Counted from the first letter of the stretch, positions 25,149 through 42,100 are shown. The stretch: DNA of 64,000 nucleotides from Camelus dromedarius (GCF_036321535.1 NC_087472.1:97032001-97096000), one strand, 5' to 3'. The notes: generated from the letters alone by a model not told the origin. Program-made: numbers and translations.

Positions 25149-27272
25149 TTTAATTCTGTGTAAATAAATACAAAATGACAAAAAGATACATGTTTACTGA
25201 ACATTGCATTTCATTGTGTGGCATTACATAGTGTGTCACAATATTTCAGCTTGTAATTGTATCTTTCAGCTGTTGGTGCATAATTCTGTAACTTCTAGAA
25301 TACAATTCCCCCGGATCCTTTAGTGGAACCCCTGAGTGCTTACACTTGTAAAAGTTTGTTTGGGGAGTATTTGAGCCACAGTGGCTGAGGTCTAAGGATA
25401 TTTTTGGAAACATCTAAAACAGTAAAAGAGTAAAGGATGGAGAGGATTTTCTTTTTGCATTCATGAGAAGCATGCAGGGATACAAATCTCAGAATACCAC
25501 ACTATAGTTTAAGCTTTGGATTTGGTATGTGTATCTAGAAAAATTATTCAACAGTACTGATTATTTCTAGAATTTGCTTTTTATCCTTGGAAGGTCAATT
25601 GCCAGGTCCTGTTAAGAACATTCAGTACTACTTTCAGGGTTTTTTCTTTTTCTTTTTCTTTTCTTTTTTTTTTTTGTCATTTTTCTGTAATACAAGGTCA
25701 ACTGAAGTGAAAAATTAAGTGGGCCCCTTTGCCAACAACCTTATGTTTCTTGATTCATGTAAGTGTGGACAAATATGGCAGCCTGTCTGATCTTTTATTT
25801 GATGACCTTCAGTTCATGGGACTCAACATTCTTACAGATTCAACACCTGTATTCCTGTTCAGGCTGTTGTGATAAGTATTTACTACACATTCTTTTAGGG
25901 CTCCCTCTCAGTGGATGCTTTTGAATTTGGTGACTTAAGCTATGACTGAAGGGAATTTTTGTTTTGATGTTGTGAATCAGTGATGCTCTCTGGAGAAATG
26001 GAGATTTTCCTGTAGGTGATGAAATGTCATCTCAGTGTCATGCCCTAGGGACGATAACACTTGCCCCCAAGAGGGAGAGGCCTGGCTTCTTGAGCCATGC
26101 CTTGGTGATGAAAAATTTTAGTTTTTCCACCTCTTACTCTTTTTTTTTTTTAATTCTAAGAAATGACTTTTCCATTTTATAGAGTAAAATCATTGCCCAC
26201 CCCCCAGGTTTTGAATACAGACTGTCAGCACCCATGTCCCTGTATAAGACTATCTACCCATTCAAGTAGGAAGCACAGATGAGAATATGCTGCAGTGAGT
26301 GTGTTTTTGTCAAACAAAAGTCTCATGTTTAAGATCTAACATGATTTTGTCCTATTGCCCTATTGATCTTTGCCAGCTAAAACTTACAGCTCTTTATCCC
26401 ATTTTGGATTCCAGCAAAAGCTAAATACTTCATGAATTGCAAAACTCACCAACTTTGCTGAGGGGTGTGGTAAGAGAGTCTAATTTAAGATCCAGAATTA
26501 TCATCTACAATCCATTTTTAAGTGAATTTCTTTTAAAAGAGATTCCATTTTTATCTTTTCTTATGGAAAAGAAAAGGACAGAAATAGAAAGTAAAATATT
26601 TCCCCCTATCAAAAATTATCCATGTATAGAAGGCATCCAGGTTGCCTGATGACGTCGATGGAGGAATATGGAGAGGAGCAGTGTTCCTTCTTCCAACCTT
26701 ACTGGAGGTTTTAGCAGTGCCCTTTTATAGGCAGCAACTTGAGTGTTGGCCTATCTTCAAAGGAGATTTGGACTAAGATGGAATGATTTACTAAATATCT
26801 CCATAAATCTGGAATGTGCACATACTATTTTCCCATTGGGATGGAAACTTAACTAAGTATGTTGAAATATTAAAATGTACTCATTCATTTTCTCTTTTCC
26901 CTTGGCCCTTATTTTCTGGGCTATTTAGGGAAATGTCAATGCTCGAGAGTAAAGCAAAGTGGGCAAAAATCCAAGGATTAAATTTAGTTTTTATGTATGT
27001 CTTCCTACCATAAAATATTTCCAAGTTAGTTAACTAAATTAATTGAACATGCAGATATGAAATGGAATTGGGAGTGAAGGCCTGGTGTGATATGCTTACT
27101 TTTCTGACCCGGGTTTTTTATCTGCACTATAGTTTGGCTTCTGAAAAAGGAAGTCATTCTGACCTTTCTTCCATTTGCTAGAGAGTTATCACTGATGAGA
27201 GGGTGTCCCACGGCAAAATTATCCTGTGGATGTTTATACACCCCCCCCCAAACTCGAGACAGCTTTTTCCCC

Positions 27273-27285
27273 GTGTGTGTGTGTC

Positions 27286-27318
<33 letters not shown>
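27273..27318. repeat. (GT)n(GA)n compound microsatellite
   Basis: Seen directly. Confidence 0.9.
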
Positions 27319-30300
27319 TAACTGATTTCAGTTTCCATGGAAATGGGCTAAATAAGGACTTTAACAAACAGGAGTATGAGTGCAACTTCTTTGCTATTCC
27401 CAGCTCAGAATTATTGAGACAAAATCTGAAATCATTCCAGTCCTTTACATTACGAGATCAATATTGTAATTTGGTACCTGTGACATAGAATTTTGGATTC
27501 AAACTTTCTTTGTGACAGTGAAATCGTGCATCCATTAGGTTAGCCCTGTGAAATAAACTAAAATGGCCCGCCCTGAACGATTGATTTGACATTGCAGGCA
27601 TATATTACTGCGGTATTGTTCCCCTCAGGTTTTTCTCCTCTTTCTCCACACAGGTGTTGACGTATAACTAAAACACCCCAAATTTCCTCTCTCCTCAAAT
27701 CAAAATGCCTGTGGAAGGTCATAGTTCTACAGGAAGGGGAGGCCAAACTTAGACTTTTCTTAGCCCTCTGTTGACTTCCTTTAAGCCCAGGCATGTAGGT
27801 ACATAGGGTTCTTCTTGCTACCATTTTATCCCCACGTTTGTGATCACAAATTAAACTGAGGCCAGGAAATCATTTTTTGTTTTCTTTCTCCAGAGACAGA
27901 GATGTAACATTGTGACCATTACCAAAGAAGGTACCATATGCAAGGTTTTATAAAAAGACATCTGCTGCCAAACAAACAAAAACCCCAAACCTCTGTCTGC
28001 AAGACATGAAGTAATATAAACTTTTTTGATTGCCCATCTGGAAAAAGCAAAACAACAAAAAAGAACACATACTAATTACCATTATTGAGATACCTGAATG
28101 TAAAAAAAGAAAGGAAAGGGAAAATAGTAAAACTGAAGATACTCCCCTGGCCTGCTGTCCTGTCACTCTGTGGTGTTTGTCTGTCAGAGAGCTAGAAACC
28201 TATATGAAAAAGTGAAAGCTGTGAGTTTGAAATCTTCTTTACACTTGGAATTTTGACATCACGATTAAAAACGGGATGCTTTATTGGAAGATAGGGGTTT
28301 AATATGAAAGGATAGTCAACTAAGGACTCAATGTATTTGGCATGAGGCGTTTCCAAGGTTTAGTGTGCTAAGTGGCTTGGGGCTTGCTACTGCCTGTAAA
28401 TTCCTTGTGCAAGCCTGAAATGTTGCCCTCTGGTGAAGGCTGGTCAGATGGAGAGGAACTGTGGGATTGCCAATCACCAGTGGGATGGTTTTCCCTGCTG
28501 ATTTTGTTTTTGTGTAGGTGTGGGATGACGTAAATACATATTTTAGGTGTCAGAGAAACTCAAGTGGTATAAAATGTAGGACATCATTTCTTTCCTGAAA
28601 GAGTTGGTCATTTTTTATTCCTGGATTTCCTTAAACATCTTTAAAATAAAAAAGTAGAGTTTATTAATGCACCTTGATAGACCAGTGTTTTAACGCCATT
28701 TGGGAAATCTTTCTGGGCAGGTTTTCAATGAATTTCACGTGAGCAGGTGTTGCCTGCCATGGATCAAAGTGGTATGACTCACACTCTGTCAAGCTTGGGG
28801 TACAACTGTGGAATTTTTCCTGGGAGGGTTTGATGCTTATCTGTCTTAAAGCTGACCAAGCGAAACTAATTACGTGCTCTAGGACTTGAATATTCCTTTT
28901 TAGTTTAAAAATAACGTATTACTCCCAGAATCACCTACTTTCTTCTTGTGAAGAAACCCAACTAAAATATGGGGGAACCAAACCTAACACTGAGGTCTCT
29001 GTTGGAGAAATAGATAAGCTTTCTGAATGCTGCATTGAGTGAGTCATCTGACTGACAAGATGTAATCGTATGATCAATTGCCATGAATACAACTTAAAAA
29101 TTCACTGTGATTGAACCCAGAACTTTACAGAGTAATATGCAATTTTGGGAACTTCTTTCATTAGCGATGACAATAAGAGAGGAACCACATTTTGCTATCT
29201 AAACTATTTTATGTCTAGGGTGATGATCTTTTCCAACATTAGTAAATGTTTGAGATAGACTCTCTTCCCTTTTGTCACTCACTGGAATTGGACTTCCAGA
29301 GGAACATTTAACTGTTTCATTGCTAATAGTTATTAGCAGGGGTTATCTTTGATGTTAAAAAATTAAATGCACTGGCTCTCTAGACACACTTTTTATAGCT
29401 TTGAAACATTTGCACATTTAGAAGAATGAGAGAAATTTGGCCAAGGAATTACTAAACCCAAGTTGACACTTTCTCTGTTTTTCCTTGTTTGGGCCTAGCA
29501 TTCAATAATTCTGCTCACTGCTTCTAAGCTGGTGTGTGAATACACAACCGTGGGTGGTTGAATTATGGGATCATAGATGATACAAATAGAACCTGAATGT
29601 GTTCTGCCCAAGTTACTAAGGGCCAATTACGAGTTGAGAATTCAAAAGAAAATGTGGAATCCTTTTACTTTTTTAAAAAAGCCTAGATTCAGGCTCCATA
29701 TCTTTATCTTATAGAGATTCCTGAACGACTCCATTATTTTCCGTTCATATTTTCAGTCATTCCACGCAAATTTGATTTATTTCACCTTCCCGGTAATTAC
29801 TATTTTTCCTGCCACTCTCTGTCTAAATCTTAGGAACTGTACTAGGGCTCCTCTCCCCAACTTCTCTTAAAGTCCACTCTGTGCCGTGTGTGTGTGTGTG
29901 TGTGCGCGCACGTGTGTGCATGTGTATGTGTATTAACTATAAGTTTCTGGTCTTGGACAGTTCTTTCTGTCACTTGTATGACTCTTCTCCCAAAGTGATG
30001 TTTCTTATCACTAGGCTTCTCTGGATGGCACCTTCTTTCCTTGGAGTGGATGAAAGGCACTGGCTTTCCCATTGAACCAACACTAGTGATAAATGGAAAA
30101 TGCCCACTCCTTCTTAATACTGGGAGTTGGCAAGACAGAATGACACCCCCCCCCACGTATGTCCTTCTTCCTTCCTCCCCACTCCTTTTCTCCTTGTCTG
30201 GATTGCAAAGCAAAAATTCTAGATCAATTTCCACACTTCCAGACTTTAAGAGAGATCTCTGTGGTTTTGGTTCTCTGCTGTTCTCACCTATGACTTAGAA

Positions 30301-31936
30301 AAATTACATCAAATGCAGTTTCCCATTATAAAACTGTTAGCAATTTGTAAATTCCAAGAAACGTTCACTTCCTAAGGTTTCTTTCTTTTTTTTTAAAGTG
30401 TGCTGTTTGGTTCATGCACAGGAAACATATAAAAAGGAAAGATAAAAGTTTTTATGGTTCCCTACAGATAGCTGAAGGCTTTGGCCTGCCAAACCCCACA
30501 GAACCAAAGGGCTGGGCCTGCTAAGGCATTTTAACGTGCCTCAAATGTGTCAGATATGTTACAAAAGGTAGTGTGCATGTATGTAAGTGTTGTAGGTGTG
30601 TTGAATGTGCATGCATTATGTATGTATGCGTGTGTGTGTGTGTGTGTGTGAAGTAGAGCTAATGGCTCATTACTAATTTTGGCCAGTCATGCATGGTCTT
30701 GGGAGGCATCATGGAATCTGCCTTGGTGCTTGTGGATAGAAGGCAAAGATAATTTGGGCAGGATGTAATTTAAAGAATATAGATCTGAAAGTCTCAGCCA
30801 AACATGCTGAAGGTTCACCCTGGAAATCAAGTATGTTGTTTTGCCAAAGAGAATCATATAGGTTTTCCCAAGGATGAGCCTGGAATTGGTAGTGGAAATG
30901 GGCCAAGATACTGCCATTTTGTAAGAATTAAAACACTGTATAGGTCTCAATGAACAAAGTCTTCAAACTTTACATCAGATACTGTAGAGTGGGGCTAATA
31001 TTCCTCCATCTCAACAGAAGGCTTCCCTTGTCATGGCTGGGCAGGGGCTTATGTAAATGGCACTGTTCAGTCACCAGTGCCTCCTTTGTGCTTCATGGAG
31101 GGCTGAGCAGTGATTCCTTCGGGTTTGCCCTTGGGACAGCCTAGGTGTATTCCATTGTGCCTAGAGTAATGGCAGAAGAAGCACAACCCACAGGTACAAG
31201 AACAGTCATTTTTTCTTCAGCCTCCTCCATCGACGTAGAGCGTAGCTAGTTTATGTCTCAGAGTCAAGAGAACTGGCTTCTCTTTGCAGACCTATGTCCA
31301 AGACACGTCTGTCCTTCAATGTAACCAAATGTCCACAATCATGATTTCTTATCTGCCCACTATGAATATTACCAAAATGAATGAGACACATTCGCTCCCT
31401 CCCTTGAATAGGGATATCCTGGGAACACCCCTTTCAAGGATGTGGTTTGCTGCGGCCACAAGCACATCCCTATATAACTTGGGAATAGGCTGCTCGGCCC
31501 CCGGCTCCTTTATTAGGGACCACCTCTGCACGTTGCCTTTGTTGGCTGCCCTCTTCATGTGTCTGTGTGTGGGAAGTGGTTACTGCAAGTCTGAGGCTAT
31601 AGGTACTTTGTTGCCACAGTCAGAACATGGTAGCGGCCTGGTATTCTTTCTGCCAACAAGAGCATGATGCAGAGGGGTCCTTTCCCCAGTCTTCCCTGGG
31701 GAGTATGTTTAACTGGTGCTAGAATATAAATTGGACAGTGAAATCCTGTTTGCAGGATAAATAAACAAATGCATGAAAGGAATGGAAGTAGGCACTTGGC
31801 TCGGCATGAAGAGACCAATATTTAGAAGCAGTTTTGGCTCCTTAGAGAAAAGATTGTTGAGAAATTCTTGGTTGCCCATTGGCCACAATGAGGACACCAG
31901 GATCACACTCCCATTGAGGTCTTTATTAATTTAGGA

Positions 31937-32108
31937 CAGTGGTTCTTCACCCTTTTTGGGTCACAGACCTCTTTTGGGATCTGACAACTATGCACTCTCT
32001 TTAGGAAAATGCACATATTGAACATATACACACATGTTTGCATATAATTTAATTTGAGGGAATTCAGAGCCCCGCCCTCCCACCAACTCATTCATGGTTA
32101 AGACCCCG
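31937..32108 (+). mobile_element. Charlie4z-like hAT element
   Basis: cagtggttcttcaccctttttgggtcacagacc...aaaatgcacata...ggttaagacccc. Confidence 0.7.
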
Positions 32109-32139
32109 AAATTAGATACATAGAATTTGGCAGTAACGT

Positions 32140-32270
32140 GGCAGAATGGAGAGAGGACTGAGGCTAGGAACTAGGAGACTTCAATTATAGTCCTGTGTCT
32201 GCTTCTAACTAGCTCTGTGCATGTAATTTCACTTCTCCAGGTTTCAGTTTTCTTAAGTGAAAAACAAGGG
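32140..32270 (+). mobile_element. MIR remnant
   Basis: ggagact...tagtcctg...ctaactagctctgtg...tcagttttctt. Confidence 0.55.
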
Positions 32271-33269
32271 GGTAAGCTTAATTGCATGCAAAAATTTCCA
32301 TCTGGTGGCAACATTCTGGCAGGAGAGGAGGCTGGCCCAAACCACAGGGACAGCATTCCTTCCACCAAGGTCCCTCTGTGGGTTGCCTCCTTGGTACACA
32401 TTGCTTTCTTTGTACTTTGAAAAGGTAGGCTCCTCCAAACCTTTGCAGTGCTAATTTTAATCTAACTTGAAAACCTACACAGAGGCCATAGCTCTCTGGT
32501 CACCTCACATCCTCTTCCTTGCGTGGCGCCCTCACAGACATCACAGAGGATTTCAAAGAGATCACCTGGGCAGAAGAGGGGCAGGTGAGAGGCTGGCCGG
32601 GGAGGACATCCTGACACTGCCTATTCAGGTGAATGGATTTTAGCTCATTCAGTTTCCTCTTTGCTTTCTCCTGGACTGGCATGAAACAGAAACAAACAGT
32701 TGTAACCACCACGGGGAGGAACTCCGCAATGTGTTGGCTGAAGCCATTCTCAGTTCTTTGCCAGAGAATCCGGTAGTACTAATTTAATATTTTCCTTCGT
32801 GTTGCAGCTTTACCATGCTTTTAAAAAATAGGAACTTTGTCTTCATATACCTGGTGCTTTTTATGTTGCACTAACTTAAAAGCAGATTACCCCAAAGGAA
32901 TGTTCAGATGTCTTCAGGCAAGGCAGGCGTAGTAATTAAATAAGTGCACTCCCCTCCCTGCCCCATCCCCAAGTGCCTGTATCCCTTTCTTTTAAGGGAC
33001 ATTACAGTCCCGCCCCAGCATCTTAGGGCTTGTGTCCCTTTACACTCGTGCCACTAGGTGGTGATCCAGCCAATTTTCGAATGTCCTAAAATGACTGGGA
33101 CAACTCATTGCATCTATATATAGCCCTAATCCTGGGCTCATGTCTGCAAAAACCTACTTCTTTGTAGTTTTCGATCCTGAGCCATGGTGTTACTGTGTGG
33201 GATGGACAAATTACAGATAATGTCTTGAGTTCCTTCTCTACACCAGGCCTTGCACGAGTGCTTTCTGAA

Positions 33270-33500
33270 CATCTTCTCATTTAATCCTTACAGTGAATCT
33301 GCAAGATCTGTCAAATGTAGGCTCTCTGAGGGCAGATATATATATATCATTTAAATCTGCTTTGTTTACTGCTGTCCCCAGTCTCCAGAACAGTATCTGA
33401 GTGATACGAGGCACTAAGTATTTGCTGAGTTTAAAGATTGTTACTGTTATTATCCCCATTTCACAGATGAGAAAACAGAGATTCACAGAGATCAAACACT
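33270..33500 (-). mobile_element. MIR remnant with nested L2 tail
   Basis: tctcatttaatcctta...tattatccccatttcacagatgagaaaacagag. Confidence 0.6.
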
Positions 33501-34243
33501 ACTATAAGCTGCAGGACTACTTTAATAGGATCCGAAGGAATAAAAAGCCATTATGAGGAGGATATCATTTGTGTCCAAGAGGCTCTGCCTCATGCCACAC
33601 CCCCAAGGCGGCTGCCCAGCCCACCCGTTCTTGAGATAGACACAGCCAAGCTCCATTGCTGGGGCCAGAGGAAAGTGGTGTCATGGTCCCAGCATGCCAC
33701 TCAGAACAGTTGGGTGGAGGTTCATTAAAACAAAAGGGTTATCAAGGGCCTTACTCAGAGCAGTATATTGCACAAGTAACTGTAGCCATGGAGGATGGCG
33801 TCTGATTATCTCGCTTCTACCTGAAAACTGAGGTGGTAAAAATAGGAAAGGTGGGAGCAAAACAAGCAAACACAAACACACAGCACACATGAAACTGAAG
33901 CAAAAACAAACTCCCCAAACCTAACCCCCCCGAATCCCCCAAACCCAACACAAAACTGATGAGCTGGAACTTTGGAGAAGGAGTTTCATCAGCGTTTGTC
34001 TTTTTTTTTCTGTGGAACAAATGTACTCCTTTTAGCCTGAGGAGCCCTCATGTTATTCATTGAGCCATTGCTGTCAGATTTAACAGTAATGTCCTATTTC
34101 AAGTATCATTTTCTTTCTTACAAACCCCCAGTTTCTTGTGAATTTACATCATCTGCTGAGTTTCACTCAGTGAGAGAATATCACCCTTACTCTGACTTTT
34201 CTTTTTTTCTTTATGAATGGCCAAGAAAGCCCTAGTATCACAG

Positions 34244-34249
34244 TTTATT
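34244..34249 (-). terminator. Candidate proximal polyadenylation signal AATAAA
   Basis: tttatt on the plus strand about 3 kb downstream of the PTCHD1 stop, preceded by U-rich sequence on the minus strand. Confidence 0.35.
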
Positions 34250-34887
34250 TTTTTTAGTTGACCAGGAGCAGTATTTTTGATGAATGGAATGTTTTCTTTG
34301 GTAAACAAATAGCAAATACCAACTCAAAACCAACCAAGTAAAAGTTTCTTTGGTAAAGTGAACGTTAATGTCTTGGTTGGAATTAATTGAAAAATAAAAC
34401 TTGCGAGTGTTTGCTGGAATCGTTCCTTCCCTCTTTATAGCAACTGAAAAAGTAAAACTTCATGAAGTAAAGACTTCAGTATTATGAGGATGTGATTCTG
34501 AGTTACTTCTAAAGTGTCTTCTCCATGGTGGGGCTAAACCAATGCTATTAGAGCAATTATTAATAATCAATATTAACAAATAAGTAAGAATGATCTAACA
34601 ATAAATAATAATAAGTAGTAAATCTTGGCATGCAGAGTCCCCTAGTAAAAAAATTCATTCATTCCACAGTCAGAATTCCATAAGCTTTGATTTCAAGTGC
34701 TGGAAAGAGAAGCTGACAAGTTTGAAAATGCCCTTCGTTTAAAAATACAATATCCCAAGGTATACAGAGACACAGTCAAGTTGGAAAACTACTATCTGTC
34801 ATAAAACAAAGTTCCACAGAAGTCACTCTGGTTGACCAAACTGAATGGTTAAATTCTCACCAGAATCCACTTAACTGGGTGGGGGGG

Positions 34888-34889
<2 letters not shown>

Positions 34890-34939
<50 letters not shown>

Positions 34940-34963
34940 GTGTGTGTGTGTGTGTGTGTGTGT
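34890..34963. repeat. (GT)n microsatellite
   Basis: Long GT run with one interruption. Confidence 0.95.
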
Positions 34964-37283
34964 TATCAGTCTTGTGGAGTCCCTTTAACCCGGGGTGGTC
35001 CACATGCCCAACACTTAAATCAATGGCTGATTTAGAACACTCTCTTCAGAAAATGAGTTAGCAACCTATGATTTAAGAATAAAACCAATCCCCTCTTCAG
35101 CTGTGTTTTATAAATAATAGCCTAGTTGCAGGCCCCTTGGAGAGAGAATTGATCGCAGATCTATTATGCGAACTTGCCCTTTTTCGAGGATTGTACTTGT
35201 CCTTAGATTAAAGCTCATTATCTTCTAGCTGAGTGCATAACATGTTGGTATGATCACTTGGTGTGTTTGCAGGAGAGATTAAACAAGTGTGTAATGCACT
35301 AGCTATGATCCCCTGCACATATATTTAGAACTGTGTGAACAACAGTACATGAAATAGAAAGCACAGGTTTGCACTTGGTGTAGTTATATCTGAATCATTT
35401 GGGCATTTTTGCTGTTTGGAAAGACAATGGTAAACCTAAATCCCAAACATTACCCAGACATTAAAACAAAAAAAAAGTCTGCCTTGTGGCCAATAAGTCC
35501 TGTGTTTCTTCCTTGGAAATGTACTTTTAAGGGAGTAATAGCCCTCTTATGAAAAATCTAAAATTGGCCTGCCCTGTCTTGGGCATGCTAAAGTGATGGA
35601 ACCCCTCCAGTGGTGTGACCCTGGGTGAGTCGCTTCATTCTCCTAGGTCTCGGTTTCCTCCTCTGCGGGGGGGTGGGGAAGTTGCACAGCACATCCGATA
35701 AGGTCCAGAAAGGGAAGGTGCTCTGGGGAAATGCTTACCACTACAGATATCTAAATAAGCTACGTCTCTAAAAGGGAAAAATACTGTAGACGTTTGCCTC
35801 AAGTGTGACCAGGTTTTAGCTTCATTTTTATAGACTTAAAGAAATGCAGGGGTCTGGGGCAACATACACAGCCTCTTCAGAGCAAACCCTTTCTGTTTAG
35901 AACCTGTAGAAACTGTAAGTCAACATTATAAACATCTAGGCTCGTGAAGGTACAGAAGGGCCATGCAGTGAGGGAGTGGGGGCACTAACGAAGGTGTGGT
36001 GAGGGGACCAGGAAGATGAAAGTGCAGCCAGTTTAGCAGGAAAGCTTGACTGTCATCATTGATAGATTTATATTGGTGGTTACATCTTCCAGTCATGTCC
36101 ATTTACTTTCTTTCAGCCCTTTATCTCCCTGCCTGAAGTATCTCAGTTTCAGGACTTATACTCACCAAAGAACTTTCTTTTCTCCTCTGTATCTCTGAGC
36201 AGGGATATCTCCTAAGCGAATGCAGAGTGATACTACAAGTGGGAAGCTTTGGCAGATAACCATTTCAGTGTTCATTTCTCCTTCCTCAGCGATGCGTGGG
36301 CAGATGTTTCTGGGCATCCACGCAAAAAATGCATGTAGGGCCAAACCACAAACAGCTGTACCAGCTGGCCATTGCTTTTTGTTAAAATAGAAACACTGTC
36401 TCTGGGTTCAAGTAGACACCTGCTTTTCCTCCATCATGCCAGGTATTTGGGTTTGGTTCTGTGGTTTTTGGTGCTCAGAGCCTCCTGCCAAGAGCTGTAA
36501 CTAATAAAGCAGATCCATTTGGTGACAAGCTACAAGATACTCCAAAATAGAATCGCCCCAATTCTGCAGTGCTGGAACTGTCATTGGTTTAAAGGTATAT
36601 CAACCAAACCATACAAATGTGAAAAGTATATCGATGAGGGGATATGATAAACTTGTTTTAGATAACAAAACTGCCTCACCTGGGTGAATTTCGAGGCGAC
36701 TCAATTTCAGCCCCTGCGTGATGGCCACTCTACCATGTGTCTGCTTCTGAGGTTCTGGCTTGCTTTTGCTGGCCAGAACTTTTACAAGCATCTCCTTGGG
36801 GTGTTGGGGAGCTAGATGAGATGGCTAAGACCTTAAACCACAGACCTTGCTTGGAGCTACTGCTCTGCAGAAGTTCTGGAAGCCTATTGTTTGAACAGTG
36901 CTCAAAGCTATTTCTGCCTTGGAAGCTGACCTTTCAATCAGAAGGTTTTTGTCACAATACCAGCAATATCTGCAGCGTGAATAAAATAGGATTCTGCTTG
37001 CTCATAAGCTTTCTCCTATTCGATCTTAGTTGGAGAGACTATGCGTCTCTTAGGGTGTGTGTGTGTGTCTGTAAATTTTCTCTGATGACAACCTTTTGTT
37101 TTAAAGATTGAAAATATGCAATGCCCATTTCCCCGCCTTGTCTTTACTTTTTCTTTTTTCTTTTTTTGTTAACACCTATTTCTTATCCCTAAAAACCAAA
37201 GAAGAACTTTAAATTTGTTTCATTAACGTCATCTCTCTGCTCCTGATAAGACCTAGGGTGAAAAACACAACAAGCAGACCCTA

Positions 37284-39119
<1,836 letters not shown>

Positions 39120-42100
39120 TCATAAATGTTAATAGACAGAGGGCAGACAGAGGAGCTAAGATCTTCATGCTTCCTGCTGCCTTACAAAAACTACATGGAC
39201 TTTTGCCTATAGAAACCTGAGTAGACTTGTGCCTGTGTTTCTTGGGGATATTTATACACATTGAGAGTTTAGGGTTGTGGATGCAGTTTGCAGAATATTT
39301 GTTTGCCTTGGTTGTGGACCACTCCAGAGAGGATGCCTGGCTCCTCATCATTTTGTTTGTCATCCCCACAAGTCTGGCCCGAGGTCAGCACAGAGGAAGG
39401 CAGTGGGCAGAGGGTTCGAGTTAATGTCTCATCACCTCATCTAAGTTTGGCCAAGTAGAGGGCTTTAGGGAGAAAAAAAGCACTATATTTAATTTGAGCC
39501 TTGACAGGAACCTAAATCACAGCCTCTTTTTTTTTCTTCTTCTTCCCCAAGTATCAGTGCAGAAAGCAATAAATCTGAGAAACAGAGGGAAGCAAAATAA
39601 GTAGGAACAAGTTTGAGTGAACAGGAAGGATGGAAGGAGGAACAAGATTCATGTGAACTCTCCTTGCAGTGGATAAAAATTAAAACTCAGAACGAAGGTT
39701 TAGGGCTTGTCTTTTGTCTTCAGGGATCTGTTGGACCAATTTGGGTTGTTCATCAATGACGTATCAAGCAGGCAGTGACTCTGCTGGCTTCTTTGCACTA
39801 TTTTGCATTGGTCTCTGAGGGACAGAGCCAGACCAGTAACCTCTCTCCCAAGCTCCTTAGTGCCTTTGCCTCCTTGGCTAGTGTGCCAGTAATGCGGAAA
39901 GAGCAGAGGTACAGTATAGTTGCTCACGTTCTGACTCGATTCTAGTGCCTGAGACCAGATCTTGCTTAACTTTTCACACCTCACCTGGATGGAGCCAAAC
40001 ACTTCCCGGATGGGCCTCCCTGGGATTCCAGGGCACTCAGCGTTGAAAAGCACCCTGCAGACTGACCTGTTGTGGCTTTCAATCACCCTTGTCTTGGCAC
40101 TGGGATCAGCAGATCTCATTTTCTGCTTCTATGCCTTGGCATAGTCAATCCCATTATGGAGGATAATGAAATCTGTACCCTGTGGTACAATAGTCTTGTT
40201 TTTAAAGAGGAACTTAAAATCTCTAGCCAGGCGTAATGCTGAGTAAAGTGAGTCACTGTTCTCTTGTGTGTACACTAACTGAGTGCTTGTCTTCCCTCGT
40301 GCCCAGGCTGGTATTTATATAATTATTGTGAAGTCTTGGCCTTGAACTTGAATGCCCATTTCATAGTCATGATACAGGCCTGTTTCCTCAGGGATTTGGC
40401 ATTTATCTTAATTTACTAGGCATCGTTTTATAGCCACTTTTAGAGGTCAGGTCAAGACTGTCAATTTGATCACTAGCACTGTGGCCCTTATTAAATTGGA
40501 GGCACCTAAACTCCCTAGACATGAACTAAGAAGTGCACTTGTTGACTGGCATCCTGTTGTTAATTATGTTTTCGATAGTTAACGTCTAGTCTTAGGAAGG
40601 AAAACTATTTATTAAATCTGTTTCCACTGCGTTCTCAGGAAGGACTGACCCCTTGATGATGAGGGTAAAAACAGTACCTCCGAGGCATCTGCACCCGGGG
40701 GAAACCATTTCATCTGGGGTCATGTAGAATAAGTTCTGGTGCGCAAAACACATTTTAGAGTTTCACTAAAAATGGCAAATGGAGTTTTATAATAGCATTT
40801 TCTTGCTAGAAACAAAAAAAAATTTTATAACAGGGTTTTAATGTTGACTCATTAAATATGATAAGAAAATAAAGATGCATATAGCAGGATTAGAATTAGT
40901 CATATAGTAGGATTTAAATTAAATCTGTTTGCAGTCCTTTTTAAAAATTGGTGTGATGTTTTATAATGACATTATCTAACCCTGACTCTTATTGGAAAAT
41001 ACAGTAAGAATCCATTTCTTACCTTGGTGTTGAATGATCTTAGAAGCTACTTGAGAAGAGGAATTTGAATTAACAGAGCTATTAGGTGGAAAGGGTAAGG
41101 ACTGAGGGTCCAGAATGAAAATAATCGAAGTCAAGGAAAGGTGGAAGTAGGCTGTTAGCTTGTCTCTTGAGTTCTGTTGCTGCATTTTAAATGCCTTGTC
41201 CTTCCATAGTTGGATCATTTTTATTGAGTCCTGATTCTTTTTTGCACATCACATGTTCTTGGTTCTGGGGGGAATTCCAGAAAGGATTCTCATATTATTC
41301 ATAGGGGCTTTTGGAAACTATGCGTCTTCTCCGTTTCTCTTGCTGAAGGGGCACGCATGCAGACACTCACAAAGGCCAGGAGAGGAGGCCCTGAGAAAGA
41401 ACCTGTTTTAACTGATCACTCAGCGTTTGTTGCTAGTCATTGTTGGCCTTGCCTGCCAAGGCCCCCACCCTTATTCCTGATAAGCCAGATTCTTGTTTCT
41501 CCAGCCACCCTTCTGAAGCAGATGCCTACACTCTGACCCCCAAATTGCAGTTGTGCACTGACTTCAGAGAGCTCTTTGGATTTCAGGGGCAACGGCTGAC
41601 CCCATAACTGGGCCTCCTCACTGAAGCTCAGTCAAGGGGGGGAGGAATAAGTGCCAGCGGAGCCGCGGGTGCTGCCCAGGGACGAGCAGCCTGGGGCGCC
41701 TCGCCAGCACCAGCCCTGATTCACAGCCGAGTATTTTATGTTGAAGAGGTTGGTCTGTTACCCTCAAGAAGAGCTGAACTGTGGGGCCCCTGTTTCCAGG
41801 CCTGACTGGGGGGGAGACATGTCCCAAGAGCCCAAGGACACAAGTAATGCCCTGCGCCTCGAGAATGTCTGCTCTGCCCATAATCACAGCTGAATTCCCT
41901 TTGGTTTTGGCCTTCAAGGGTGTTCTTTTAAACGCAGCCCCCTCTGGGATAGTGTGTCTGCTGAAGCAGCGTCCATTCACTCTGGGCTGTGGGACGGAGA
42001 ATGGCGATGGGGAGGGCGCGCAGAGGAATCACAGGGAGGAGGATTTCACAGGGACTGACTCCGTGACAGTTTTCCTTCTAGCCAGCCCTGGTCTTATCTC

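Larger units (their letters stand above)
25125..37283 (-). other. PTCHD1: Probable long PTCHD1 3' UTR (extent uncertain)
   Basis: Follows the stop codon and is poorer in transposons than the flanks. Candidate AATAAA signals on the minus strand at 34244-34249 and 25143-25148. Human PTCHD1 is known to have a multi-kb 3' UTR. Confidence 0.5.
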
